Shown here: positions 24,500-37,316 of the stretch, in pieces
How the letters are laid out: each line of letters starts with the position of its first letter
Position numbering within the stretch: position 1 is the first letter of the stretch
Source of the DNA: Eledone cirrhosa
Lineage: Eukaryota
Reading direction: 5' to 3'
DNA: 64,000 nucleotides
Assembly: GCA_964016885.1 (NCBI GenBank)
Contig: OZ024757.1
Location: 8,556,001-8,620,000 of the forward strand
Notes under the pieces: model-generated
The model's input: only the letters and a program-made list of their open reading frames with translations
What the model was told of the DNA's origin: nothing
Databases searched by the model: none
Program-made: the position numbers and the translations under genes

Positions 24500-24772
24500 A
24501 CGACCGCAAGGTGGTCGTGGAGGTGCCACAGCAAAAAAGCACCCAGCCCACACTGTAAAGTGGACGTGTAGGCGCCAAGAAAAAGCACCCAGCACTCAAT
24601 GTAAATGAGGTTGGTGTTAGGAAGGGCATCCAGCTGTAGAAATCAAGCCAGAGCAGTTCCTGTATGAGCAAGGCATGGTCAGCCGACCAGACACTGCCCA
24701 CAACAGGACAACCCGTCTAACCCATGCAAGCGTGGAAGAACGGATGTAAAACGGTGATGATGATGATGATGA
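24500..24772 (+). mobile_element. RTE 3' UTR fragment
   Basis: Reverse complement of 20907-21180. Confidence 0.85.
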
Positions 24773-24837
24773 TATATACACACATTATACATATATATAT
24801 ATATATATATACACATTATATATATATATATATAAAC

Positions 24838-25551
24838 GTTGGTACGGTCACGTGATGCGCATGAAAGACGACAGCTGTATAACAAAGTGCAGGGCAATAA
24901 AGATAGACGGTAGCCACGGAGTAGGCAGACCCAGAAAAACATGGGACGAGCTGATAAATTCCGACCTCACACGCTTACACCTCTCCAAGACAATGTCACT
25001 AGACCGAGACCTTTGGCAGTACTCAGTAACAGAGAAGACCCGCCTTACCTAAATACAAAGTAAAAACCTACTACAGTCAGTAGGCACCTCTATCAAAACA
25101 CACCCCCGTCCCACCACCTCCACCCCACCCACACCGCCCCTTTCAATGTAAAGTTATGTTGGTCCCACAACATCCAGGCCGAAACAAATGAGATCGTGTA
25201 GGTGTCACGACAAAAAACACACAGTCCACGCTGTAAATGTGGCCGTGTAGGCAACACGGTAAAAACCTCCCAGCCCCACACTGTAAATGTGGTTGGTGTT
25301 AGGAAGGGCATCCAGCTGTAGAAAACCCGCCAGACAGTCCACGCTGTAATGTGGCCGTGTAGGCAACACGGTAAAAACCTCCCAGCCCCACACTGTAAAT
25401 GTGGTTGGTGTTAGGAAGGGCATCCAACTGTAGAAAACCCGCCAGACAGTCCTATGCGAGCAAGACAACCACTCTTGCCTCAAGTGGGAAAACCCCCGTC
25501 CAAACCCATGCAAGCGTGGAACACGGACGCTAAACCTGATGATGATGATGA
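24838..25551 (+). mobile_element. 5'-truncated RTE with a ~110-bp tandem duplication in the 3' UTR
   Basis: ORF 24852..25052 equals the RTE C-terminus. Confidence 0.9.
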
Positions 25552-25716
25552 TATATATATATATGTACATTATATATATATATATACATTATATATATAT
25601 ATATACATTATATATATATATATATATATATATACATTATATATATATATATATATATGTACATTATATATATATATATATATATATATACATTATATAT
25701 ATATATATATACATGT

Positions 25717-25759
<43 letters not shown>

Positions 25760-25825
25760 GTTATTCCGGGTTGAATCGGAGGTAACCACAGTAAGTAAGG
25801 TACTCAATACATAGCAGAGTATAAC

Positions 25826-25958
25826 AGTTTTAATATAGATGAGATTCTACAGGACTAGAACTGTTTCATTCATTAGAAATCATCAGGAATCAGATTCCTG
25901 ATGATTTCTAATGAATGAAACAGTTCTAGTCCTGTAGAATCTCATCTATATTAAAACT
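25826..25958. ncRNA. Perfect palindrome (66-bp arms, 1-nt centre at 25892) carrying a type I hammerhead on each strand (+ 25892-25942; - 25842-25892)
   Basis: AGATTC CTGATGA T TTC TAAT GAA T GAAA CAG TTCTAGTC CTG TA GAATCT. Confidence 0.8.
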
Positions 25959-25997
25959 ATATATATATATATATATGTATATATATTATATATATAT

Positions 25998-26769
25998 ATG
26001 AGACCTGGGCATTGTGTGCAGAGGATATACGCAGACTAGAGAGGAACGAAGCTTGCATGCTCCGCTGGATGTGAAATAGTAATATACGTGAACGGCAAAG
26101 CATACACGAACTAAGGAAAAAATCAGAAATAAGAGGGATCAGATGTTGTTTACTCGAGAGAAGGCTACGTTTGGTATGGTCACGTGATGCGAATGAAAGA
26201 CGACAGCTGTATAGCAAAGTGCAGGGCAATAAAGATAGACGGTAGCCACGGAGTAGGCAGACCCAGGAAAACCTGGGACGAGCTGATAAATTCCGACCTC
26301 ACACACTTACACCTCTCCAAGACAATGTCACTGGACCGAGACCTTTGGCGGTACTCAGTAATAGAGAAGACCCGCCTTGCCTAAATACAAAGTAAAACCT
26401 ACTACAGCCAGTAGGCATCTCTAACAAAATACACCCGCATCCCACCACCCCCACCCCATCCACACCGCCCCTTTCGATGTAAAGTTATGTTGGTGCCACA
26501 ACATCTAGGTCGAAACATATGAGATCGTGTAGGTGTCATGACAAAAAACACAGTCCACGCTGTAAATGTGGCCGTGTAGGCAACACGGTAAAAACCTCCC
26601 AGCCCCACACTGTAAATGTGGTTGGTGTTAGGAAGGGCATCCAGCTATAGAAAACCCGCCAGACAGTCCTATGCGAGCAAGACAACCACTCTTGCCTCAA
26701 GTGGGAAAACTCCCGTCCAAACCCATGCAAGCGTGGAACATGGACGTTAACCGATGATGATGATGATGA
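25998..26769 (+). mobile_element. 5'-truncated RTE LINE
   Basis: ORF 26184..26384 equals the RTE C-terminus; (GAT)n tail. Confidence 0.9.
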
Positions 26770-27479
26770 CTCTGTACAGTATATGTTATACACAATATAT
26801 GATGTCCAAGGGAAAGGCAATGGCTGATACAGCTTGGCACCAGTGACGTCACAACATATATACTATATAGATATTATATATATATACGATGTACACTATA
26901 TATGATGTTGTCTCAGGGAAAGGCAATGGCTGATACAGCTTGGCACCAGTAACATCACAATATATATACACTATGTACCACTTATACACACTATATATGA
27001 TGTTGTCAATTGCAAGCCCAATGCTCTAACCACTAAGCTATGATACCTTCCAGAACCAACCGTGATTTAGAGAGACCATAAAGACAACCGTTGTTTTCAT
27101 AGTTTAAGCCTTAAAATACCTCTCATACATGCTTTAAGTACATATAAACTCATTAATACACACTTTTGTAATTAAACACCAAAAACAGCCAGTAACGATC
27201 GTATAGAAACTACCACCAACCATCATACCACTAGTTACTAATGAGGACCATTGCCAGCCACGGTAGCCACTTGGTAATACACTGCACATCTCCCGTCAAT
27301 CCATGAAGGGTTTGTAGTAGATTAGAGCAAAACACAATCAGTAAAACAGTAATGGAATGAAAAATATATACATTTGTTCATAATTAAAGCCTTAAGATGT
27401 CCCTTCCTTACGATATACACTTTAATAACGTTGAAACTTATGTAATAAGTTTAAATTTTAAACTCCTTTTATTCAGACG

Positions 27480-27627
27480 TACCGCGATAAGAAACTAGAT
27501 ATGTTCTAACGAATAATCCGCGATGTGGCGAGGATTACCGCGATAGGAAATTAGATACGTTCCAAAGACATCTTCGCGATGTAACGGGACCGCGAAAAGT
27601 GAACCGCGATATAGCGGGGGATTACTG
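27480..27627. mobile_element. pogo/Tigger-like transposon end; paralog ends at 44414
   Basis: Terminus reads TA|CAGTAATCCCCCGCTATATCGCGGTTCAC on minus, with repeated subterminal CCGCGAT motifs. Confidence 0.65.
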
Positions 27628-27681
27628 TATATATACACACACAACATACATCTATCTATATACACTCATAACATATATTTC

Positions 27682-28300
27682 GGCAGTGTCATGGTATTAG
27701 CTGTCAGAAGTGAAAGTAGAAGAAGGTGACGTCATACGTCAACCTTCTCAATCCTTTATTTCCGTATCACTATTCCCTTTATTTATGTTTAGGATTTTCT
27801 AAGATACGTTTACGATGAGATACACTTATTAAAAAATAATATGGGTACCAAAGAACCCCGTAATTTTCGAGAGAAACGATAATATACAATCTTATTTAAC
27901 ATGTGTATTAAAAACTACACTAGCTGTTACAATTGTAATTAACGTGTAAGAACTTAAATGAAAATATAGGTGACCCTTAAAAGGGCCGGTGTTGACCTTA
28001 AATTTGTTTTCTAATTTGATAACCATGACTTGTTTCAACACCGGCCCTTTTAAGGGCCACCTATATTTTCATTTAAGTTCTTACACGTTAATTACAATTG
28101 TAACAGCTAGTGTAGTTTTTAATACACATGTTAAATAAGATTGTATATTATCGTTTCTCTCGAAAATTACGGGGTTATTTGGTACCCATAAATAAAATCA
28201 TAAACGTAAATAAAGGGAATAGTGATACGGAAATAAAGGATTGAGAAGGTTGACGACTGACGTCACCTTCTTTCTGACAGCTAATACCCCGACAGTGCCC
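27682..28300. mobile_element. Fold-back non-autonomous DNA transposon (619 bp) with 8-9 bp TSD
   Basis: Nested inverted arms over almost the whole length; TATATTTC/TTTATTTC flanks; absent from the paralog at 44461-44468. Confidence 0.9.
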
Positions 28301-28319
28301 TTTATTTCGATATCTTACA

Positions 28320-29335
28320 TTAAAATGTTGACTGAGGGTGTGACAACTGTTTCTTGTTTGAGGTTGTTCCAGTGGTTGAAATATAGACGGAGGTAATTTA
28401 AATAATAAAGACAGTCATGATAACAATATATTTTATATCACATGTAACAGTGGAATCTGATGATTGAAAAATATCACATCAACATTTCAGTTTGGAAGTG
28501 TTTTTTCTATATATAAAAGTGGAGGAAGAAATATATTTTTCTAACGTTGTTATATATATTTTCACTTGTATATAATTACTGGGTCGTTGTAGGGTTCACA
28601 TAATTATATTATTTACACACATTAATATAGACATTAAGTAAATCTTTGTCAACTTACCTCCTTCACATATAATCAATGTGTTGTGTTGTTAGTTGTTACT
28701 AAACAACCAAAGAAATAATCTCTTTGTTATCAAATTAGAAGTTTCAATGTTATCAGCTTTATTTCACGACATTAACGTTGGTGTATCTTCTTCATCTTTA
28801 GTCATAAATTGATATCTTGTCAGAATGAAGTAGTGAGGCTGACTTTATGTCTTTAGCCACAGATTTGATAGGAAATATATATATATTAGGTTGATATGTG
28901 GTCTAAAATATATATATTGTCTATAAATGACTGATAGCAGATGTTCTGGTGAAATAGTAGTTTTACTACTACAGATTGTAATGGAACTCTTAGTAGACAC
29001 AATTGTAAAGTAAGAATAGATATGACAGTGTAAGACTGATGTCGGGGAATTAAAATTGTGTATATATATATAATTGTTACACAAGATATAATTAGATTAA
29101 TTAAAGTTATAATGAAGACAGCAGGTACCCGGTGTCGTTGGTAATGTTTCAACTCTCGTACGGTGTCATACGTTAAAAGTCCCTGATATAATTTAATACC
29201 TTCAGACACAGTTCCAATCGTATTTAATTTATTGTAAATCAGAAAATATGACTCAGTAAAATATCAATTATATATCAATAAGAGAACCTCTACGTAGTCT
29301 CTCTAACTGCTAGAAATAACAGCGATATTATCCAT
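28320..29335 (-). promoter_or_regulatory. Putative ZNF promoter/5' non-coding exon block; paralog 44470-45350
   Basis: Homologous to sequence upstream of the ZNF ORF at 58929; AG|GTAAGT donor at 28657. Confidence 0.45.
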
Positions 29336-30286
29336 TACAACTGCTCTCTCTCTCTCTATATATATCTATATACATACATATATGTACGTATGTATGTATA
29401 TATATGTGTATATATCGGTGTGTATGTGTGTTTACACGTATGTGTATATATGGGTATGAATGAGTGTGTATGTGTACATAGGGTTTGGTATATGTACGTT
29501 TGGTGAACATATTTGTATTTAGCTGTTGGTATGTGTAAGCGTGCGTTCTATACGCATTTATGCGTGTATATTTATATATGTATATATAATTATATGTATA
29601 TACACACACATATATATTTAAATGTGTATTTGGTGCATATGTTCGTATGGGTGCGGGTATATGTGTCGCGCCGGTTTACGTCCATGTGCGTGTGTTTATG
29701 TGTACGTGCATGTATATGCATGCAAGGTGTGTGTTTTCGCGTATGCACGTGTATAAATGTGTGTATGCATAAATTTAATTATTATTACTTTTATGCATGG
29801 TGTGAGTTCAAATCCCACCGAGGTTAACTTTGCCTTTCATCCTTACAGGGTCGATAAAATAAAGTACCAGTAATGTACTGGGTTATTGCTGGCCAAAAAG
29901 TAGAAACAATTATTAGTTTTATGATTTTAAAACCTCTGTAATTTTCGTTCAACTAATTTATTTTCATTATTCTGAACTCCGAAGCCGAGAATCATTCAGT
30001 TTCCTAAATAGTATATTAGTCTACGACTCCATTTATACCATAAACGTGGTTTTGTCTTTACGTGTAATTGTTGTCACCTCTCCACATAACGACGTATTAT
30101 CTTCGCTTTTTTCCGTTCATTGACAGGGAACCTCTTCACGAACCAAAGTATCGTCTTCCTGTTTTCCTTCGGTTGCAAAGTTTTCGAAATATTTACTTTT
30201 TCGGTCATGGATTGAATTTTTTTTAGTTTCAGAAGATCCTGTTAAGGGGGAAAGCAGCGATTCTTTGCTTAAACTTTAATCTGTTA

Positions 30287-30331
<45 letters not shown>

Positions 30332-30570
30332 CGTTTTGGATGCTTAAAGCGTCCATATGCAGTAGGCCGTTTGAGCACTCGATGCTCTCATAGAGCAGAG
30401 TATATCACAGAAAAAGAGAGAATCAGTGTTGCGATGAGTGGAATTTAGTGGACATATTACAATCGTTTCTATGGGGACCAACTCTGGGTACAATCGATGT
30501 GATGATCGAACCTGAAAATCTCAAGGCCCTCAGATATGTCTTGATTCTATGATATATATACATATATCTG

Positions 30571-32505
30571 AAGGGCGGTGCTCCAGCATGGCCTCAGCCA
30601 GATAGCTGGAACACGTAAAAGAGTAAAAGAATATAATACATACGTGTATATTCCTATATTTTATTTATCCTCATCACAATATAAACTCCAATTTACATGC
30701 TAGCATGGGTCAGACGAGTTGTCCTATTGTGGGAAAACTTAGATCAAATAACCCCGCCTTGCTCATGCAAGAATCATTTCTGGTTGGATTGTACGGCTGG
30801 ATGCCCTTCCTAACTCCAACCACATTTACAGGGTGGACTTGGTATTTATTGTTGTGTTGCTAACATGACCAACCTACAGGGTGGACTGGGTGCTTTTTGC
30901 TGCTCTTTGTCATGTCACCAATTTGAAGGGTGGTTCGGGTCCCTTCAGTCTTGCCACTAGCATGACCACCTTACAAGGTGGGCTAGAGGCCTCCTGTCAT
31001 GTCTACATCACTGGGTGCTTATTTGTCATGTCACCAGCATGACTACCTTGCAGGGAGGGTTAGGTGCTCTTTTGTCATATTACCTAACAGAAAGGACTCG
31101 GTGCTCTTTTGTCATGAAACTTACATGACCACCTTACAGAGTTGCCTGAGGGTTTAGCCATTTAAGCAGCATTGGGGGAGAGCATGTTAAGCTTTCCATA
31201 CTTGTATACATGGGTTGGTCAAGAAAGGTGTATCAGATGTGAAAGTGGGGGTGGGGTTTGTGTGTATGTAGGGTGGGGATTGGAGAGGTAGGTCAGGGTG
31301 GAGTACTTAGCTGGTAAGGGGGTGGAGTGTTAAGATGTGGGGAGGAGGAAAATTAGAGCATACTTCAAACCACTAAATGTTGTGTCAACCCGTGGACATG
31401 GGAATGCAGGTCTCCTGCAGTACTGTATAACGCCAGAGATTTGAATCCTGTGTCATCACCTTTGAGAGGTACAATGGTGTCAGGTCAGTTTTTACCTCCT
31501 CATCCCAAGCTTTCCTAGGTCTTCCTCTTACATCAATTTCAAGCAGTCAACCTTTTATACAGCATCTCTACCTTCATACACATCACATGTCCATACCACA
31601 GCAATCTCCTCTCCTGTATACTGTATCTTATCCCTCTCATGCCTAGGTTCTCTCTCAGTTTATTTACACTTTCCACTTCATGTATATTAATATTACACAT
31701 CCATCGGAGAATTTAAGCTTCATTTCTATCCAATCTTCTGAGGTCCTCACTGCAATGCAGCATTGCTGTTCATATGCACACATCAAATTGATGAAACAAC
31801 CTTTTGTAGCTAGCAGCAGTAGTAACACCCTAAACCTTTGCCATCTTGTTCTTACTCTTGTTACTGTACTTTCAGAACACCTACCTCCACTGCTTATTTG
31901 ATACCCCAGGTAACAGAAACTGTCAACTGCTTCTATGGAACCCTTTAAATATTTGATAGAGCTTGTCTTCTAAACGTGATTGCTGCTTACTTCTCCAGCG
32001 CAGTGAACCAATGTAAAACCTATGTTCTTAGCTAACTTACCATGTATGTGTGACCATTGGTTTCTGAGTTATGGCACCACTGTTTATTAGGGGAGGCACT
32101 TCCAAACAGACCCTTCATTAAGTATGCTGACAAATATATTTTGCAATGTAGGTGAGTTAATTAGCAGTGGAGGGGGCTGCTCTGAAAGATGTATAGCTAG
32201 AATAAGGATAGAATGGAAAAAGTTTAGAGAGCTACTGCAACAGTTGACCACAAAAGGTTTCTCTCTCTGTACAAAAGGACAACTGTATGACACATATGGG
32301 TGATGTGCAATGATGTATGGTAACGAAACAAGGGCTGTGACTGCAGAGGATATGTAGACTGGAGGGAAATGAAACAATCCTGCTTTGTAGGATATGTTTT
32401 GTAAGTGTGAGAGAAAGGGAGAGCTTGGACAAGTTCAAGAAGAAGCTGGGTTTAAGAGTGAGCTGAAGTGGTGTGTAAGAGAGAAGACTGGGTTTGTACG
32501 GACAT
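30571..32505. mobile_element. Composite decayed RTE block downstream of the ZNF gene
   Basis: Paralogous to 15793-17367 (direct) and 1-1460 (inverted). Confidence 0.85.
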
Positions 32506-32629
32506 AAAATGAAAGGAGAAGAATTTCTTAGTAAAACAGGTTTATTCAAAATATTAACAACATTGATGGCACTATTTTAGGTGAGTGACATGGTTTTTAT
32601 CTAATTGTGTTGCATTAAGTAATCTTTAT

Positions 32630-33050
32630 AAGAGAATGATTTACCACAGACATCACAGTAATATAGTTCCGCTCCTGTATATGTTAGTGTCTAATTAAAC
32701 CACAACATTTAGAGAAGGATTTATCACAGACATCAGTGATATGGTTCCTCTCCTGTATGTATATGTTGGTGTCTAGTGGAGCCACAACATTTAGAAAATG
32801 ATTTACCACAGAAATCACAGTGCTATGGTTCCTCTCCTGTAGATGTTAGTGTCTAGTGAAGCCACAACATTTAGAGAATGATGTACGAAATATATTAAAG
32901 TGATATGGTTTCCCATCTGTATATATATGTTTGTGTGTAGTTAATGTAACATTAAAAGAGAATGATTTCCCTAAGATGTTACAATGATATGTATTTGTAT
33001 TCTCATTAATTCACAAATTTGAGAGAATGATTTATCACTGATGTCAATGC
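32630..33050 (-). pseudogene. Decayed C2H2 finger remnants in the presumptive 3' UTR
   Basis: Repeated ACAGGAGAGGAACCATATCACTGTGAT..TGTGGTAAATCATTCTCT-like units of about 80-82 bp. Confidence 0.8.
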
Positions 33051-33051
33051 G

Positions 33052-33990
33052 TTATGATTTCTTTTCTGCGTGTATAAATTTGTGAATAGTTAGGCTACTT
33101 TTCCCAGAGAATGATATACCACAGATATCACAGTGATACGGCTTGTCTCCTGTATGGGTACGTTTGTGGCTAGTTAAGGTACCACTTAGAGAGAATGATT
33201 TACCACAGATATCACAGTGGTATGGCTTGTCTCCTGTATGTATACGTTTGTGGCTAGTTAAGTGACTACTTCGAGAGAATGATTTACCACAGATGTCACA
33301 GTGGTATGGCTTGTCTCCTGTATGTATACGTTTGTGGCTAGTTAAGTTACTACTTTCAGAGAATGACTTACCACAGATATCACAGTGGTATGGCTTGTCT
33401 CCTGTATGTATATGTTTGTGTCTAGTTAAGTGACTACTAACAGAGAATGATTTACCACAGATATCACAGTGATATGGCTTCTCTCCAGTATGTATACGTT
33501 TGTGGCTAGTTAAGGTACTACTTTCAGAGAATGACTTACCACAGATATCACAGTGGTATGGCTTGTCTCCTGTATGTGTACGTTTATGTGTAGTTAAGTT
33601 ACTACTTCGAGAGAATGATATACCACAGATATCACAGTGATATGGCTTGTCTCCTGTATGTATACGTTTGTGTCTAGTTAAGGTATCACTTACAGTGAAT
33701 GCTTTACCACAGATATCACAGTGATATGGCTTGTCTCCTGTATGTATACGTTTATGCTTAATTAAGTTACCACTTTGAGAGAATGACATACCACAGATAT
33801 CACAGTGGTATGGCTTGTCTCCTGTATGTATAACTTTGTGAGTAGTTAAGGTACTACGATTATTGAATGATTTACCACAGATATCACAGTGATATGGCTT
33901 CTCTTCTCTAACCTTCATCATCTCACCAGGAATACTAAACACTTTAGATTGTGTTTCACATTTAATCTTCTTTGTTAATTTATTTTCCAT
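33052..33990 (-). CDS. C2H2 zinc-finger protein, 10 tandem fingers, 312 aa, single coding exon
   Basis: Intact ORF with CDIC-x12-H-x3-H repeats and TG(D/E)KPY linkers; candidate splice acceptor TTTCTTTCTTATTTCAG ending at 34329. Confidence 0.92.
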   Translation of the reverse strand: MENKLTKKIKCETQSKVFSIPGEMMKVREEKPYHCDICGKSFNNRSTLTTHKVIHTGDKPYHCDICGMSFSQSGNLIKHKRIHTGDKPYHCDICGKAFTVSDTLTRHKRIHTGDKPYHCDICGISFSRSSNLTTHKRTHTGDKPYHCDICGKSFSESSTLTSHKRIHTGEKPYHCDICGKSFSVSSHLTRHKHIHTGDKPYHCDICGKSFSESSNLTSHKRIHTGDKPYHCDICGKSFSRSSHLTSHKRIHTGDKPYHCDICGKSFSLSGTLTSHKRTHTGDKPYHCDICGISFSGKSSLTIHKFIHAEKKS

Positions 33991-34819
33991 AATTATTTCT
34001 TCTTCAACAGAATGTTTTCCTTGTAGTATATTTTATATTATATTTCTTATAAAATATATCTTCGAAATTTCCCTCAACTATATTTCAGTTAATATCTGAA
34101 GATAATACAAACTTCTTTTTCATCCAAGTTTAGTTAAAATACAAAACCATCTCATAGTGAAGAAAATAAACTCAGTTCTGAGGAAATATTTCACAGTAAT
34201 TGAACTATAGATTTATATAAAGTGTTATATAAGTTCTGTTAAAATAGTTTTAGTCTTCAAATGATGATAAATAGAGGTGATGTATCCAAGATTGAAAATA
34301 ATAATTTATCCCAATGTCATCTGATATTCTGAAATAAGAAAGAAACAGTATGAGATAATACAGAATACTTTAGAAGCAGAGATAGATTTAACAGTGGAAA
34401 TTTTATATTTCCTGTCCAGAGCAATTCTCTCCAAAGTAAGCAGCTGTATTCGAGCAAGCTCTATAAATTATATCCTTCTATCTCTAGAGGGGTTGGCTCT
34501 ATGGCAGTTTAGCAATAAATTCATTCTTATAGGACTTATAAGAAACAGTATGAGATAATAGAGAATATTTAAAATACAGTGATAGATTTAACAGTGGAAA
34601 TATTACATGTTTACCACATTTCCCAACATCAAAGACGTTACTTTTTCCCTAATATAAGTCTCAAAAATCTACCATACGTCCTGGAGGCCGAAGGTTGTTT
34701 ATTATTTTTAATCAAAAAGTAGTCGTCTTCGGCGCCAGTAAATACGGTACATTGGTAAACTGTAGAAATACACCTGTGTGATGTTTATTTATATAAACCA
34801 AGGCTATATATATGTCAAA

Positions 34820-35698
34820 CTACAGCTGCACCATCACTATAGTGGTGTCATCTAGTACAGGGCCCCAAAACTGTGGTAACCTTGTGAGATGGGTTTGGTG
34901 TAGCTGACTGGCTACCCCTCCTCATAGTGGTGCCACCCAGTACCAGGCGCCAAAACTATGGTAACCTTGTGAGATGTGTGTTGCTCCGCCGACTGGCTAC
35001 CCTCCCCATAGTGTCGCAGCCAACTGGCCAACCCTTCTCGTATCCGTACCATCCAGTACCAGGCCCCAAAACTATGGTATCCTCATGAAAAGGGTTTGGC
35101 CAATCTGGCTGGCCACCCCTCCTCCTAGTGGTGTCACCCAGTACCTGGCCCCAAAATTATAGTTCCACTGTGAGATGGGTTCAGTGCAGCCAACTGGCCT
35201 GTCCCTCCTCATAACAGAGTCATCCAGTTCCACACTGTAAACATGGCTGGTGTTAGGAAGGGGATCCAGCTGTAAAATACCCGACAAAATATACAGACCT
35301 CGCTTGAGCAAGGTGCAACACATGGCCAACGCTGGCCAGACTTGCCTCCTGGTGTGGATGACCCGTCTAATCCATGCAAGAATGGAAAAATGGACGCTAA
35401 ATGGAGATGACACAGACATATATATATCTCCCATCCACACTGGACGTGTAAAAGACACAACAAAAAGCACCCAGCCCACACTGTAAAGTGGACATGTAGG
35501 TGTCTTGGGAAAAGCACCCAGTCCACACTGTCAATGTGGTTGGTGTTAGGAAGGGTATCCAGCTGTAGAAAGCTAGCCAGAAACACCCCTATATGAGTGA
35601 GACACGGTCACCCGACCCAACTTGTCTCTAAATGGAACCCGTCTAACCCATGCTAGCGTGGAAGATGGACGTTAATTGATGATGATGATGATGATGAT
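34820..35698 (+). mobile_element. Two adjacent RTE 3' UTR fragments, the first with ~85-bp internal repeats
   Basis: GGTGTTAGGAAGGG..TCCAGCTGTA core and GAT-rich tails. Confidence 0.75.
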
Positions 35699-35890
35699 AT
35701 ATAATAAAATGTAGTTTGCTTGAAGCATTCTATATAATATATAACGTTGAAAGAGATAGAAGGCTAAACAATGCAAAATGGACTGTAAGATGAGGTAAGG
35801 AAAAGTAAAAGTTACCTGGTAATCTTTGTTTTGTTGTTCTTTTATTTGTCCAATATTTTGGGACCTAAAAGTCCTTTCTTCAGGGGTTAA

Positions 35891-36227
35891 TCCTTTAGCA
35901 TTTACACTACTCTATATATACTATTATATTTCCATGGTAAATACATTACCTCACATAACATTTACACTACTCTATATATACTATTATATTTCCATGGTAA
36001 AGGCTTTACCTCACATAACATTTACACTACTCTATATATACTATTGTATTTCTATGGTAAAGACATTACCTCACATATGTCACATAATATCGAATCTATG
36101 AGATGTTGATATTATTTACATTAAGAACAATACCTTAACATGAGTATGAGTGGCCAATTACGGCTGTTTTAAAAAGAAAAGGTGGACAAAATTCTGGCTA
36201 GTTATGGTCAGTTTAAATGTGAAAGGG
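35891..36227. mobile_element. piggyBac-like MITE containing a 60-bp x3 repeat
   Basis: TTAA|TCCTTTAGCATTTACACT ... AGTTTAAATGTGAAAGGG|ATAA. Confidence 0.5.
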
Positions 36228-36328
36228 ATAAGCAACTTTCAGTGGATAATGTTCCAATTTCCTCTCTTTGGGATTAAATTTTGATTTTGATTAAAAAGTT
36301 TTCTAAGTCATTTTCAAGTATTTTATAA

Positions 36329-37316
36329 AATTGATGGAAGATGTGAAGTAGGAAGACCTGGGATGAGGTGATAAAAGCTGACCTCACACAATTGATGGGA
36401 GCTGTGAAGTAGGAAGAGCTGGGATGAGGTGATAGAAGCTGAGCTCACACAATTGATGGAAGCTGTGGAGTAGGAAGACCTGGGATGAGGTGATAAAAGC
36501 TCACCTCACACAATTGATGGAAGATGTGAAGTAGGAACACCTGGGATGAGGTGATAAAAGCTGACCTCACACAATTGATGGAAGCTGTGAAGTAGGAAGA
36601 CCTGGGATGAGGTGATAAAAGCTGACCTCACACAATTGATAGAAGCTATGAAGTAGGAAGACCTAGTTTGAGGTGATAGAAGCTGACCTCACACGATTGA
36701 TGGAAGCTGTGAAGTAGGAAGATCTAGTTTGAGGTGATAAAAGCTGACTTCACACAATTGATGGGAGCTGTGAAGTAGAAAGACCTGGGATGAGGTGATA
36801 AAAGCTGACCTCACACAATTGATGGAAGCTATGAAGTAGGAAGATCTAGTTTGAGGTGATAAAAGCTGACCTGACACAATTGATGGAAGCTATGGAGTAG
36901 GAAGACCTGGGATGAGGTGATAGAAGCTGACCTCACACAATTGATAGAAGCTATGAAGTAGGAAGATCTAGTTTGAGGTGATAAAAGCTGACTTCACACA
37001 ATTGATGGAAGCTATAGAGAAGGAAGACCTGGGATGAGGTGATAAAAGCTGACCTCACACAATTGATGGAAGCTGTGAAGTAGGAAGACCTGGGATTGGG
37101 ATGAGGTGATAAAAGCTGATTTCACACAATTGATAGAAGCTATGGAGTAGGAAGACCTGGGATGAGGTGATAAAAGCTGACCTCACACAATTGATGGGAG
37201 CTATGGAGTAGGAAGACCTAGTTTGAGGTGATAAAAGCTGACCTCACACAATTGATGGGAGCTGTGGAGTAGAAAGATCTGGGCTGAGGTGATAAAAGCT
37301 GACCTCACACAATTGA
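36329..37316 (+). repeat. 61-bp minisatellite (about 16 copies) derived from the RTE ORF2 C-terminus
   Basis: Unit AATTGATGGAAGCTGTGAAGTAGGAAGACCTGGGATGAGGTGATAAAAGCTGACCTCACAC; RTE sequence resumes at 37317-37390. Confidence 0.92.
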
